This document shows, piece after piece, positions 1 to 8,441 of a DNA stretch of 63,136 nt. The stretch spans positions 1-63,136 of the forward strand of contig CAMVHP010000002.1 of NCBI GenBank assembly GCA_947167315.1, written 5' to 3'. Positions within the stretch are counted from its first letter, which is position 1. Every line of letters starts with the position of its first letter. The position numbers and the translations under genes were made by a program. This DNA is from an uncultured Rickettsiales bacterium (GTDB lineage Bacteria > Pseudomonadota > Alphaproteobacteria > Rickettsiales > UBA1997). The notes beneath the pieces were generated by a model that ran no database searches, had not been told where the DNA came from, and worked only from the letters and a program-made list of their open reading frames with translations.

Positions 1-86
1 GTATTAAAGAAAAAAATAAAACATTACTTCGAATTTTTGACGGTGTTGTAATTTCACCAATACAACAATAAAAATTAGTTTGTACC

Positions 87-671
87 ATGGATACAATATT
101 GCTTGCTACGAAAAATAAAGGAAAAATAAAAGAAATGAGAGACATAATAAAAAATGTAAATATTACGTCTCTGGACGATTTTGATATTGAAGAGCCGAAG
201 GAAACAGGAAGCACTTTTGCCGAAAATTCTTCACTAAAGGCAAAGTATTACGGTGAAAAGTTAAAAATATCAGCTATTGCAGACGATTCTGGATTATGTG
301 TTGATGGATTAAATAACTTTCCTGGTATTTATTCAGCAAGATTCAATAATGGCTGTAAAGATTATAGTTATTCATTTAATGCTTTGGAGTTGCTTTTAAA
401 ATACAACAATATTAGGGACTATTCGGCACATTTTGTTTGCAATGTAAGTTTTTATGATTTTAACACAAAAATAACAACATCTTTTGAGGGTGTTGTGAAG
501 GGGAAATTAAAATTTCCACCGTCTGGCAATGGCGGTTTTGGTTATGATCCAATTTTTGTTCCAGACAGTTACTCCAAAACATTTGGAGAAATGTCTGCTG
601 ATGAAAAAAATACTATTAGTCATAGAGCTAGAGCCATTAAAAAACTATCTTTGTGGTATCAAAATCGATAA
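87..671 (+). CDS. rdgB: dITP/XTP pyrophosphatase (Ham1/RdgB family)
   Basis: 194-aa ORF. N-terminal LLATKNKGKIKE, plus FGYDPIF and SHRARA motifs typical of RdgB/Ham1 non-canonical NTP pyrophosphatases. Confidence 0.85.
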   Translation: MDTILLATKNKGKIKEMRDIIKNVNITSLDDFDIEEPKETGSTFAENSSLKAKYYGEKLKISAIADDSGLCVDGLNNFPGIYSARFNNGCKDYSYSFNALELLLKYNNIRDYSAHFVCNVSFYDFNTKITTSFEGVVKGKLKFPPSGNGGFGYDPIFVPDSYSKTFGEMSADEKNTISHRARAIKKLSLWYQNR

Positions 672-1051
672 AATACAATAAAAATATAAAACTATTCACA
701 AATAAATATACTAACACATTTTAATTTACATAAAAACTAAAAATACAACTAAAAATATATTTACTATTATTATATATTTTGATATAGTATATCTTTTTAA
801 TATATATTTGATAATTATACAAAATTTATGTTTAACAGCAATGTATGTTTATCATTTTGTATAAAATATTATTAAAAAATAGTTGTTTTATTATTTTTAT
901 ATTTTACTATACAACCAGTAGGAGGTATTTATTATATTACATATAACTGTATAATATGTCGTTTGCCGATGTTATTGTTAATTAATATCTCCGACCGAGT
1001 ATGCATGGTTATGTGGATATGTGTTTTATTAATGATATAGGGAAAATTGAT

Positions 1052-1495
1052 ATGAAATTGGAGTACGTAGTTAAAACTATAATACAAAACTATAAAATAA
1101 AAACACAATCAGAATTAACGGAATTATTGTATAGAAAAGGAATAGATACAACACAATCAAATATATCCAGAATACTAAAAAAATTAAATACAATAAAAGT
1201 AACTGACGATAATAAACAATCCTATTACGTTATTCAAAGTAAACCACTTGATGTTAATTGTAGAGTAAAATCGTTGGTGAACTGTATTGATCCAAATGTT
1301 AATGGTATAATTATCAGAACATACAGTAGTGCTGCTCCTCTCGTGGGTCAGATAATAGGTGAAAGAAAAATTGATGGTATACTATCAACTTTGTGTAGTA
1401 ATAATACGGTTTTTGTCGTAGTGGAGGATGCTAATTTGATTGATGAAATAATTAACAATTTGAGACTGTTATTTTTGGGAAAAGACGAAAAATAG
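1052..1495 (+). CDS. argR: ArgR-like arginine repressor
   Basis: KTQSELTELLYRKGIDTTQSNISRILKKLNTIKV resembles the ArgR winged-helix N-domain. C-terminal GILSTLCSNNTVFVVVED resembles the ArgR core (GTIAGDDT-type segment). ATG at 1052 is preferred over the ORF-track start at 1001. Confidence 0.65.
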   Translation: MKLEYVVKTIIQNYKIKTQSELTELLYRKGIDTTQSNISRILKKLNTIKVTDDNKQSYYVIQSKPLDVNCRVKSLVNCIDPNVNGIIIRTYSSAAPLVGQIIGERKIDGILSTLCSNNTVFVVVEDANLIDEIINNLRLLFLGKDEK

Positions 1496-1640
1496 GGAAT
1501 TATATTGTGCCTGTAGCTTAGTTTAGTAATGTTGTTTAGATTTGTGATATAATAAAGCTAAAGTGTGCAGTTAATACTATTTGTTTTTCAACTAATGAGT
1601 TAATCTCAAAATGTGGCATTCTAGTGTTTTAAATATACAA

Positions 1641-1674
1641 AAGGACGGTTTTTACTGTTTTCCGTCCTTTTTTA
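1641..1674 (+). terminator. Rho-independent terminator-like hairpin
   Basis: aaggacgg (1641-1648) pairs with ccgtcctt (1662-1669) around a 13-nt loop and is followed by a T-run. It lies ~150 nt after the argR stop. Confidence 0.5.
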
Positions 1675-1859
1675 ATTCTTTTTAGTTTAATTTACAATCC
1701 GTGTTGATTTTTAGTGTGATGTTAATTATGCAATTGTTTGCGAGGTCGGTGAACTAATCGACCAAAATTTTCTTGCATTTAAGAGAATTTAGACATAAAC
1801 TTAATTATAGAAATGATAGTAATTTTTTAGGTTTATTACTAATACAAAAAGGAGGCAAA

Positions 1860-2396
1860 ATGAAGAAATTTATATTATTGGTATTATTAGGGACAGCGTT
1901 GGTTGCAACGTCTGTTCAGGCCAAAACATTAGTTGCTTACTTTACTTTAACGGGTAATACAGAAAACGCTGCTAAAATTGTTGCTGCAACAGTTGGTGCT
2001 GACCTTTATAAAATTGAACTTGTTACACCGTATCCATCGGAATATAAAAAACAAACGGAGCTAGCTAAGAAAGAACTAGCTGATGGTACTTTACCACCAA
2101 TTAAACCATGGCCGGAAAACATTGCTGAATATGATGTTGTGTTTATTGGCTCGCCGATATGGTGGGGTACAATGTCGACGCCAGTACGTACATTCTTGAA
2201 AAGTAGTGCATTAGAGGGTAAAACTGTTATTCCTTTTGTCACACATGGTGGTGGCGGAGCCGATAGGTCCTTTACCGATACAGCAAAACTTTGTGAAGGT
2301 TGCAAAGTCAACACAAACGGTTGGTCCGGATACAATCGTATGACATTTGGTCTGGAAAAATGGGCTAAAAAGAGTTTAGAAAAAGCTACTAAATAA
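1860..2396 (+). CDS. exported flavodoxin-family protein
   Basis: GGAGG Shine-Dalgarno 8 nt upstream of ATG 1860. Signal-peptide-like MKKFILLVLLGTALVATSVQA, then KTLVAYFTLTGNTENAAKIV (flavodoxin FMN loop) and GSPIWWG. G+C is visibly higher than in neighbouring genes. Confidence 0.75.
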   Translation: MKKFILLVLLGTALVATSVQAKTLVAYFTLTGNTENAAKIVAATVGADLYKIELVTPYPSEYKKQTELAKKELADGTLPPIKPWPENIAEYDVVFIGSPIWWGTMSTPVRTFLKSSALEGKTVIPFVTHGGGGADRSFTDTAKLCEGCKVNTNGWSGYNRMTFGLEKWAKKSLEKATK

Positions 2397-3070
2397 TGCT
2401 ACATAAATGGATACAACCCATTAGATTTTTAGTGCAGGTCTGTTTTATGGCTGGCCTTGTTGTTCCTTGGCTGCCACATTCCGAAACCGTGGCTGGCTGG
2501 CTTTTTTGGACAGTGTTGGTGGTCGGTGTTTTTTTCTGTGGTTGGGTATGTCCCTTTGGGGCTATACAGGATTGGCTGGCGTGGATAGCTCGTAAATTAC
2601 ACCTACCACGCCTACAAATTCATTGGAAATATCAAAGATTTTTACAATTTTCCAGATATATTTGGGCTGCTCTGATATTTTTTATTGGTATTCACTATAC
2701 TTTTTTAAGTGCTCGATTTTACTTCAATGATAACCTTTTTCACAATATGCTAACTTGGACAAGTGGATTAACATTGGTGGTTTTTATGGTGGTTGCCTTA
2801 TTTATAGATAGGCCATTTTGTAATTACTTTTGTATGAAGGGAGCTATGGATGGGTTAATGAGTATGGTGCGTCCGACCAGTATTAAACGTGATGGTGAGA
2901 TGTGTGTTCATTGTCATTTGTGTGATAAGGTGTGTCCTATGAACGTGAAGGTTGAACGCGTAAACTTTGTGCGTCACCCGAACTGTATTAACTGTATGAA
3001 ATGCGTCAGTGCTTGTCCAAAACGATGTTTGGCTCTTCGTCTGATGCGACTGAAAAAACGAAAATTATAA
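2396..3070 (+). CDS. membrane-bound 4Fe-4S binding protein (NapH/MauN-like polyferredoxin)
   Basis: Several TM helices. CPFGAIQDW motif and two ferredoxin-type clusters (CVHCHLCDKVCP, CINCMKCVSACP). The start overlaps the flavodoxin stop as TAATG, suggesting translational coupling. Confidence 0.75.
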   Translation: MLHKWIQPIRFLVQVCFMAGLVVPWLPHSETVAGWLFWTVLVVGVFFCGWVCPFGAIQDWLAWIARKLHLPRLQIHWKYQRFLQFSRYIWAALIFFIGIHYTFLSARFYFNDNLFHNMLTWTSGLTLVVFMVVALFIDRPFCNYFCMKGAMDGLMSMVRPTSIKRDGEMCVHCHLCDKVCPMNVKVERVNFVRHPNCINCMKCVSACPKRCLALRLMRLKKRKL

Positions 3071-3080
3071 ACGGTAGTTT

Positions 3081-3175
3081 CTATCTTTCTAATCGTTTTT
3101 TTATTTCCTCCTCAACCATCTTCAGATTGCTGCTTGTTAAAATTGGAATCAGATTATTAATTTCGTCAGTGGTTT
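3081..3175 (-). pseudogene. relic of the 3' end of a Vat-type acetyltransferase gene
   Basis: The minus strand reads TTDEINNLIPILTSSNLKMVEEEIKKRLER*, close to the C-terminus of the intact gene at 5066-5710 (TTNEINNLIPILTSSNLKMVEKEIKKQLER*). By hand alignment 3081-3175 has about 11 mismatches in 95 nt against 5066-5160. No upstream coding part remains. Confidence 0.8.
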
Positions 3176-3224
3176 ATTTGTCTTTTGTGTGCATTATTAG
3201 GAAAACTTAATTATGGAGGTTTTT

Positions 3225-3393
3225 ATGAATAAAACTAGGACGACCATTTGATGTTAAAAGTTTTAAACTTAAGCTATCGGGATACGAAAATGTTATTATA
3301 TCTATGCTAAACAGAGGGTACACAAGAAATGAAACAGTACGAAAACTCAAAGTGTGTAGGGAAACATCAAGAGAATTTATAGGACAGATCTAA
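3225..3393 (+). pseudogene. small HTH (resolvase/invertase C-terminal-like) gene broken by a 1-nt indel
   Basis: GGAGG then ATG 3225, MNK, then a stop after 8 codons. The +1 frame continues LGRPFDVKSFKLKLSGYENVIISMLNRGYTRNETVRKLKVCRETSREFIGQI*. Removing one A from the run at 3231-3234 restores a 57-codon HTH ORF. Confidence 0.45.
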
Positions 3394-3423
3394 AAAATCT
3401 AAGATAATTATAAAATTGTGTTA

Positions 3424-3452
3424 TTGAATTTTAAATAATCAATGGGTATAAT
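3424..3452 (+). promoter_or_regulatory. sigma70-like promoter candidate
   Basis: TTGAAT (3424-3429), 17-nt spacer, TATAAT (3447-3452), about 40 nt upstream of the 3491 start. Chance matches are common in AT-rich DNA. Confidence 0.35.
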
Positions 3453-3490
3453 ACAAACAAGTTATTTATATTTGTTAAAAGGTACTCTAA

Positions 3491-3991
3491 ATGAAAAACA
3501 CAGCGAGTATAATTACATTAGCAATATTGTCTCTATTTGTAGGTTTTTTCTTTGGAGAAAGAAGTAATATTCAACAGACTAAAGATATTGTTCATTGTGG
3601 GTATAATCAAGATTACTTGAAAGATACTTATACTGACTGGATAAATGAGGCTCTAATTAAGGCTGACAAATATGCAGAAAAGAACCCTATAAAAGTAGTT
3701 GGTGTCCGGAGAGTTGTAGAATACAACACAATTCCTGAATTTATGGAAGTGAAATTGTATGAAGATTTTAAGGACAGTAAAGTATGTCAAGCTTCGTTAT
3801 TAGTAAACTATACGCCAGATGGTGAGAAAGAAACATTAGAGGAAATAACTGTAAGGTTTCAAAAAATAGCAACAGTCCCAAATGAAGAAGGTTTAATTTT
3901 AAACGATATTAGATCTTCAGGATACGATGTAAAAGAAATGTCAGAACAGGCTGTTGAATTTTTTAAGAAGCACAATGACGGTAAAAAATAA
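3491..3991 (+). CDS. hypothetical membrane-anchored/exported protein
   Basis: 166-aa ORF with an N-terminal hydrophobic helix (ASIITLAILSLFVGFFFG). No recognisable domain. It ends 18 nt before the next gene. Confidence 0.5.
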   Translation: MKNTASIITLAILSLFVGFFFGERSNIQQTKDIVHCGYNQDYLKDTYTDWINEALIKADKYAEKNPIKVVGVRRVVEYNTIPEFMEVKLYEDFKDSKVCQASLLVNYTPDGEKETLEEITVRFQKIATVPNEEGLILNDIRSSGYDVKEMSEQAVEFFKKHNDGKK

Positions 3992-4008
3992 TATTTAAGG
4001 AACTAATT

Positions 4009-4956
4009 ATGGAACTTGGTAAAATTAAGGTTGTAAAAGATTTACGAAGTGTTTGGAAAAACGAGTCAAATGACTTTACAAAATGGCTTGCAAGAGAAGA
4101 AAACATAAATCTTCTCGGTGATGAATTGGGCTTATCTCTGCAGGTTCAGGAGACAGAAGCTGGTGTTGGCAGTTACCGGTTGGATATTTTAGCTTCAGAA
4201 ACCTCTGATGAAAATGAAGTTCCGGTGATTATTGAAAACCAGCTTGAAAGTACAAACCACGACCATTTAGGTAAAATTATAACTTATGCCTCTGGCTACG
4301 ATGCAAAATATATTATTTGGGTAGTACGTGAGGCACGAGAAGAACACATTCAAGCAATAAACTGGCTTAATGAAAATACCCTTGAAAATCGTAATTTTTT
4401 CCTTGTTAAAATTGAGTTATGGCAAATTGAAGATTCTTTATTAGCACCTAAGTTTCAGATTATTTGCCGTCCTAATGAATGGGGAAAGACAATTCGCAAC
4501 AAAAGAACAGCTTCAGAGTTTAGTACCGCACAAATGGTGCATTACAGTATTTGGAGTGATTTTAAAGATTATGCTTTATTACACAAACCTAAATTTAGTT
4601 TGAGAACTCCAAGTCAAGAACATTGGTATGATATTACGGTTGGACGTTCCGGCGTTTTTATCGAATTGACAGCGCATTCAAAAGAAAACCTATTGACTTG
4701 TAGATTTTATATCCGCAGAGACCATGATCTTTACCATTTTCTTGAGTCGCATAAAAATGAGATAACTCAAAAAATGGGTTTTGAATTAAATTGGGACTGT
4801 GTTGAAGACAGGAATGCTTGCTATATTGATACAAGTAAAAAGTTTGATAAACTTTTGAATGGAGAGAAGACCGATAAAGAATGTCTCACTTGGCTCTTCA
4901 ATATGGCTAGTAAATTTTACGAGGTATTTCCGCAATATCTTAGAAAATATAAATAA
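4009..4956 (+). CDS. DUF4268-type protein with N-terminal PD-(D/E)XK nuclease-like domain
   Basis: MELGKIKVV..RSVWKNESNDFTKWLA...SYRLDILASE...VIIENQLESTNHDHLGKIITYA...EHIQAINWLNE matches the conserved N-terminal signature of this family as I recall it. Confidence 0.6.
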   Translation: MELGKIKVVKDLRSVWKNESNDFTKWLAREENINLLGDELGLSLQVQETEAGVGSYRLDILASETSDENEVPVIIENQLESTNHDHLGKIITYASGYDAKYIIWVVREAREEHIQAINWLNENTLENRNFFLVKIELWQIEDSLLAPKFQIICRPNEWGKTIRNKRTASEFSTAQMVHYSIWSDFKDYALLHKPKFSLRTPSQEHWYDITVGRSGVFIELTAHSKENLLTCRFYIRRDHDLYHFLESHKNEITQKMGFELNWDCVEDRNACYIDTSKKFDKLLNGEKTDKECLTWLFNMASKFYEVFPQYLRKYK

Positions 4957-5065
4957 GTTACAAACAGCTCGGCAGGTGTCATTTTTACGGGTTATTGTCT
5001 AATCTGTGCATGAATCATTGTAAACCATATTTTTTCCATCAATTTGCTGCACAACCTCTAGGTTT

Positions 5066-5710
5066 TTATCTTTCTAATTGCTTTTTTATTTCCTTCTCAA
5101 CCATTTTCAGATTGCTACTTGTTAAAATTGGGATTAGATTATTAATTTCATTGGTGGTTTTATCCCACCATTTGAATTTTAACAATAATGCTATCAGTTT
5201 TTCATCAAATCTCCTGCGAATAGGTTTAGCAGGGTTACCAACCACAATCGTATAAGGTTCAACATTACTGCCGACCACGCTGTTTGCGCCGATTATTGCT
5301 CCGTCTCCTATGTGAACACCAGGTAAAATAGTCACATTCTGCCCAATCCAAACATCATTACCAACAATAGTATCACCTTTTAAGGGCATATCTTTTTGAG
5401 CGGGAACGTCTTGCCTAAATCCCTCCATAATATAAAATGGAAATGTCGAAACGGCATTCATTTGATGATTCGCACCGTTCATGATAAATTCCACACCGGC
5501 ACCAATTTGACAGAATTTTCCGATTATCAATTTATCTCCATTAAAATCATAATGGTGTGTGACGTGTTTTTCAAAATTGATGTCGGCAAAATATGTAAAA
5601 TCCCCAACAATAATATTTGGATTTTTTATTGTTGGTTTAATATATGTTACCGTTTTGATATTTGGTACTGGGTATATTTTATTTGGATTTGGTTTAATTG
5701 TATTTTTCAT
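5066..5710 (-). CDS. Vat-family xenobiotic (streptogramin A-type) O-acetyltransferase, hexapeptide repeat
   Basis: YPVPN..VTYIKPTIKNPNIIVGDFTY..HHYDFNGDKLIIGKFCQIGAGVEFIMNGANHQMNAVSTFPF...GDTIVGNDVWIGQNVTILPGVHIGDGAIIGANSVV...GNPAKPIRRRFDE is collinear with Vat(A-E)/CatB-type enzymes. ATG 5710 with AAAGG upstream is preferred over TTG 5725. Confidence 0.8.
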   Translation of the reverse strand: MKNTIKPNPNKIYPVPNIKTVTYIKPTIKNPNIIVGDFTYFADINFEKHVTHHYDFNGDKLIIGKFCQIGAGVEFIMNGANHQMNAVSTFPFYIMEGFRQDVPAQKDMPLKGDTIVGNDVWIGQNVTILPGVHIGDGAIIGANSVVGSNVEPYTIVVGNPAKPIRRRFDEKLIALLLKFKWWDKTTNEINNLIPILTSSNLKMVEKEIKKQLER

Positions 5711-6074
5711 CTTAGACCTTTTCAAAGCTACCTTGATAGTAAATTACAATATTAAATCAAAATAACAATAAAATTAATTTAACTGATGTGGATCTTTGAA
5801 TTATCAACCACAGCCGTGATTTCTATTTGGCTTTATTGTGGGTGAATACTAGTAGTGATTAACATGCACCGAATCCGCCAAAAATTCACTCGTGACGTGT
5901 ATTTATCTTTGGTTGTTTTAATGGCAGTCAATATGTGCAAAGCAATCATAAATCGGCTTGAAATCTGTATTTACTTGTTCCATTAACATCGTTTTTCATG
6001 CAAAAATGCAAAATTTTTATTGACATTAAGCTGAAAATATTCTTTACTTCATCAGGATAATTGATGGGGGTTAT

Positions 6075-6467
6075 ATGAAACGATTTGCAACAAATATTTT
6101 AATAAGAAATAATAGGCTGTCGATGATGCAAAATAGTGGTCTGACTGTGGATTATGAGATTTTAAATGATGGAGATTATTTATTAGAGCTTAAGAAAAAA
6201 CTTGTTGAAGAGGCGCAAGAGGTTTTTGATTCAAAAAATGTATCAGAATTAAAATCCGAATTAATTGATGTTATGGAAGTACTGGACCATTTGATTGAAT
6301 TACATTCGTTTAGCAGAACTGAATTAAATACTTTAAAGGAGGAAAAGCAGTTAAAAGTAGGCAAATTTGATAAAAGAATAAAAACACATTATGTTGAAAT
6401 GCCCGATAATCATAAGGAATTGTCTTATTATCTTTCAAAACCTCAAAAATATCCTCAGATTAAATAA
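6075..6467 (+). CDS. MazG-like all-alpha NTP pyrophosphohydrolase (COG4997-like)
   Basis: 130 aa. LELKKKLVEEAQEV....ELKSELIDVMEVLDHLIE....KEEKQLKVGKFDKRI fits the EExxE...ExxD metal-binding helices of MazG/HisE-like house-cleaning enzymes. Confidence 0.55.
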   Translation: MKRFATNILIRNNRLSMMQNSGLTVDYEILNDGDYLLELKKKLVEEAQEVFDSKNVSELKSELIDVMEVLDHLIELHSFSRTELNTLKEEKQLKVGKFDKRIKTHYVEMPDNHKELSYYLSKPQKYPQIK

Positions 6468-6569
6468 AAAATCTTATTCAGATAGTGGAAAAATCTATCA
6501 TAACTGTTGTATAATAAAAATATTTAGGTAACAATAAGCTTGTTTTTAGTGAATGCATAGAAGGAGTTT

Positions 6570-7358
6570 ATGTTAGGGGCAATTATTGGTGATATTATAG
6601 GTTCAAGATTTGAATGGAATAACATCAAAACGAAGGATTTTGAATTATTTCATCCGTCATGTGATTTTACAGATGATTCTGTTTTAACTATTGCGGTGGC
6701 CAAAGCATTATTGACAAGTCGTGAAGATTTCAGTGATTTAACTGACAATACTGTTAAATTTTTGCAGGAATTTGGTAACAACTATCCCAACAGAGGATAT
6801 GGTGTACATTTTTTGGGTTGGCTCAATGCAGATGAACCACTTCCTTATAATAGTTGGGGCAATGGTTCTGCTATGAGGGTAAGTGCTTGTGGTTGGATAG
6901 GCAAAGATTTGGAAGAAGTAAAACGTCTTTCTCGTCTGGTAACCGAAGTAAGTCATAATCATCCTGAGGGTATAAAAGGAGCTGAAGCAACTGCTGTTGC
7001 TATATTCTTGGCTCGTAATGGGGCGGAAATAGATGAAATACGAGATGTAATGATGGCTAATTATTATAACGTTGATTTTACTTTAGATGAAATTCGTCCA
7101 AATTATCGCTTTGATGTTTCTTGCCAAGGTTCTGTTCCTCAAGCTTTAGTTGCATTTTTTGAATCAACTGATTTTGAAGATGCAATACGCAATGCCATTT
7201 CCATTGGTGGCGATAGTGATACAATTGCTGCAATAACAGGATCTATTGCTGAGACTTATTATGGAATACCTGAAGAAATAAAACAACAAGGATTAAATTT
7301 TTTGACAGATGAACTACAAACAGTTCTTCGTGAATTTAATGAAAAAATTTCACTGTAA
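6570..7358 (+). CDS. ADP-ribosylglycohydrolase family protein
   Basis: MLGAIIGDIIGSRFE, FTDDSVLT, GNGSAMRV and GGDSDTIAAITGSIAE are the hallmark ARH/DraG motifs. Confidence 0.8.
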   Translation: MLGAIIGDIIGSRFEWNNIKTKDFELFHPSCDFTDDSVLTIAVAKALLTSREDFSDLTDNTVKFLQEFGNNYPNRGYGVHFLGWLNADEPLPYNSWGNGSAMRVSACGWIGKDLEEVKRLSRLVTEVSHNHPEGIKGAEATAVAIFLARNGAEIDEIRDVMMANYYNVDFTLDEIRPNYRFDVSCQGSVPQALVAFFESTDFEDAIRNAISIGGDSDTIAAITGSIAETYYGIPEEIKQQGLNFLTDELQTVLREFNEKISL

Positions 7359-7635
7359 TATTTTTTAGAAAGAGCTAAATAGTCGGAATAACTTTTTACC
7401 GCTTGAGATAAACAACATCCAGTAACAGAATGGGAGTGTATAAGGTCAAAAAGAACTAGAAGGGCTCAAGGTAATCTCAATAATGTAGTCAATGAACGTT
7501 GCCAAGAAGCTGGATATTAGGGTTGTTTTTTACGATTAAGATGAATTTCGTACCCTTTAAGTCAACGCCACCTCTCGGCAAACGATAAAATCATTCATTC
7601 TTTTTACGTTATACCCTTTGTTCGCCGATACTTTA

Positions 7636-8226
7636 TCACCGTTGGTGATGATGGCTGGGGTCAATGGTCTGTTTACTATAATGATGTTCTTGTGTTTTAA
7701 TCCAAATGCGATGATTTTTCTGTCCATCTGTGATGGATGGTTCTATTTCCTGTCCGCCCATTTTCAGCATCGCTTTTTGCATGACTTTATATGAGGCGAT
7801 ATTGTTTTCTTTACAGGTGATAAGGACTTGTTCTAAACCGATTTTTAATGCTTCATTTAGGCATAACAACAATCCTTTTGTTGCATATCCTTGTTTTTGC
7901 TTGGAGGGTTTAATCTGGTAAGCGATATGTCCGCCAATTTCTTTTAAGTGTTCAGTTAAATCATGTCTTAAAGTAAAAGTTCCGATATATTCTTCATTAT
8001 CAAGTAACCAAAAAGTTGTTTGCGAAACATAATTTGGTTTTAAGTTAATACCTTTTTCTTCCGTATAGAGTTGGTAAAAATATTGTTCCGCATTATCAGG
8101 TAACATCTGAATCATTTTATCAACAGAGCATATTGTATTAGAAGTTTCTGTATTGGAAACAAATTCTTTACAAGCCGCTAAGGCTGATTTTAAGTATTTA
8201 GCAGATGGTCTAACTAATTTTAACAT
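7636..8226 (-). CDS. GNAT-family N-acetyltransferase
   Basis: 196 aa. GHIAYQIKPSKQKQGYATKGLLLCLNEALKIGLEQVLITCKENNIASYKVMQK fits the GNAT acetyl-CoA-binding core (Q/RxxGxA/G). Confidence 0.7.
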   Translation of the reverse strand: MLKLVRPSAKYLKSALAACKEFVSNTETSNTICSVDKMIQMLPDNAEQYFYQLYTEEKGINLKPNYVSQTTFWLLDNEEYIGTFTLRHDLTEHLKEIGGHIAYQIKPSKQKQGYATKGLLLCLNEALKIGLEQVLITCKENNIASYKVMQKAMLKMGGQEIEPSITDGQKNHRIWIKTQEHHYSKQTIDPSHHHQR

Positions 8227-8441
8227 TTATTATCACCATTGGATACTTTTATTGTTACTAAACAGACGAATAAATTTTTTAAGTCTTCTCTCCGAAGCCA
8301 GCCATTTGAGTCCGCACAAAAAAATTCCATACAGACCACATCTGATGGACCCTAGAAGAAGGGTATAAAAGAATAAAAACAATGCAAGTAATATTTTATT
8401 TTTTTTATAAAAAGTCAACAATTTTAAACTCTCTTACAAAA

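Noticed and set aside
1505-1570. tRNA-like string GCCTGTAGCTTAGTTTAGTAATG just after argR, a possible tRNA or tRNA fragment marking the left island border.
   Set aside because: I could not fold a D-arm, anticodon arm or T-arm from the following sequence, and no acceptor complement is present.
1743-1756. GAGGTCGGTGAACT resembles the tRNA-Pro 3' end (TGGTCGGGGTGAGA on the plus strand) and could be an att-type direct repeat at the far end of the island.
   Set aside because: Only about 10 matching bases with a gap, too short to separate from chance without a statistical search. Kept only as a suggestion in the island finding.
3001-3210. ORFs 3001-3210 (+) and 4995-5255 (+) share a conserved peptide (FYLSN.FFIS.STIFRLLLVKIGIRLLIS) and could be taken for a small paralogous gene family.
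   Set aside because: Both are antisense readings of the duplicated 3' end of the vat-type acetyltransferase gene on the minus strand. The similarity is explained by the 95-nt DNA repeat, not by a coding function on the plus strand.
8233-8421. 62-aa hydrophobic ORF ending 7 nt upstream of the GNAT gene on the minus strand.
   Set aside because: No motif and no clear SD. It could be a leader or small membrane protein, but the support is insufficient.
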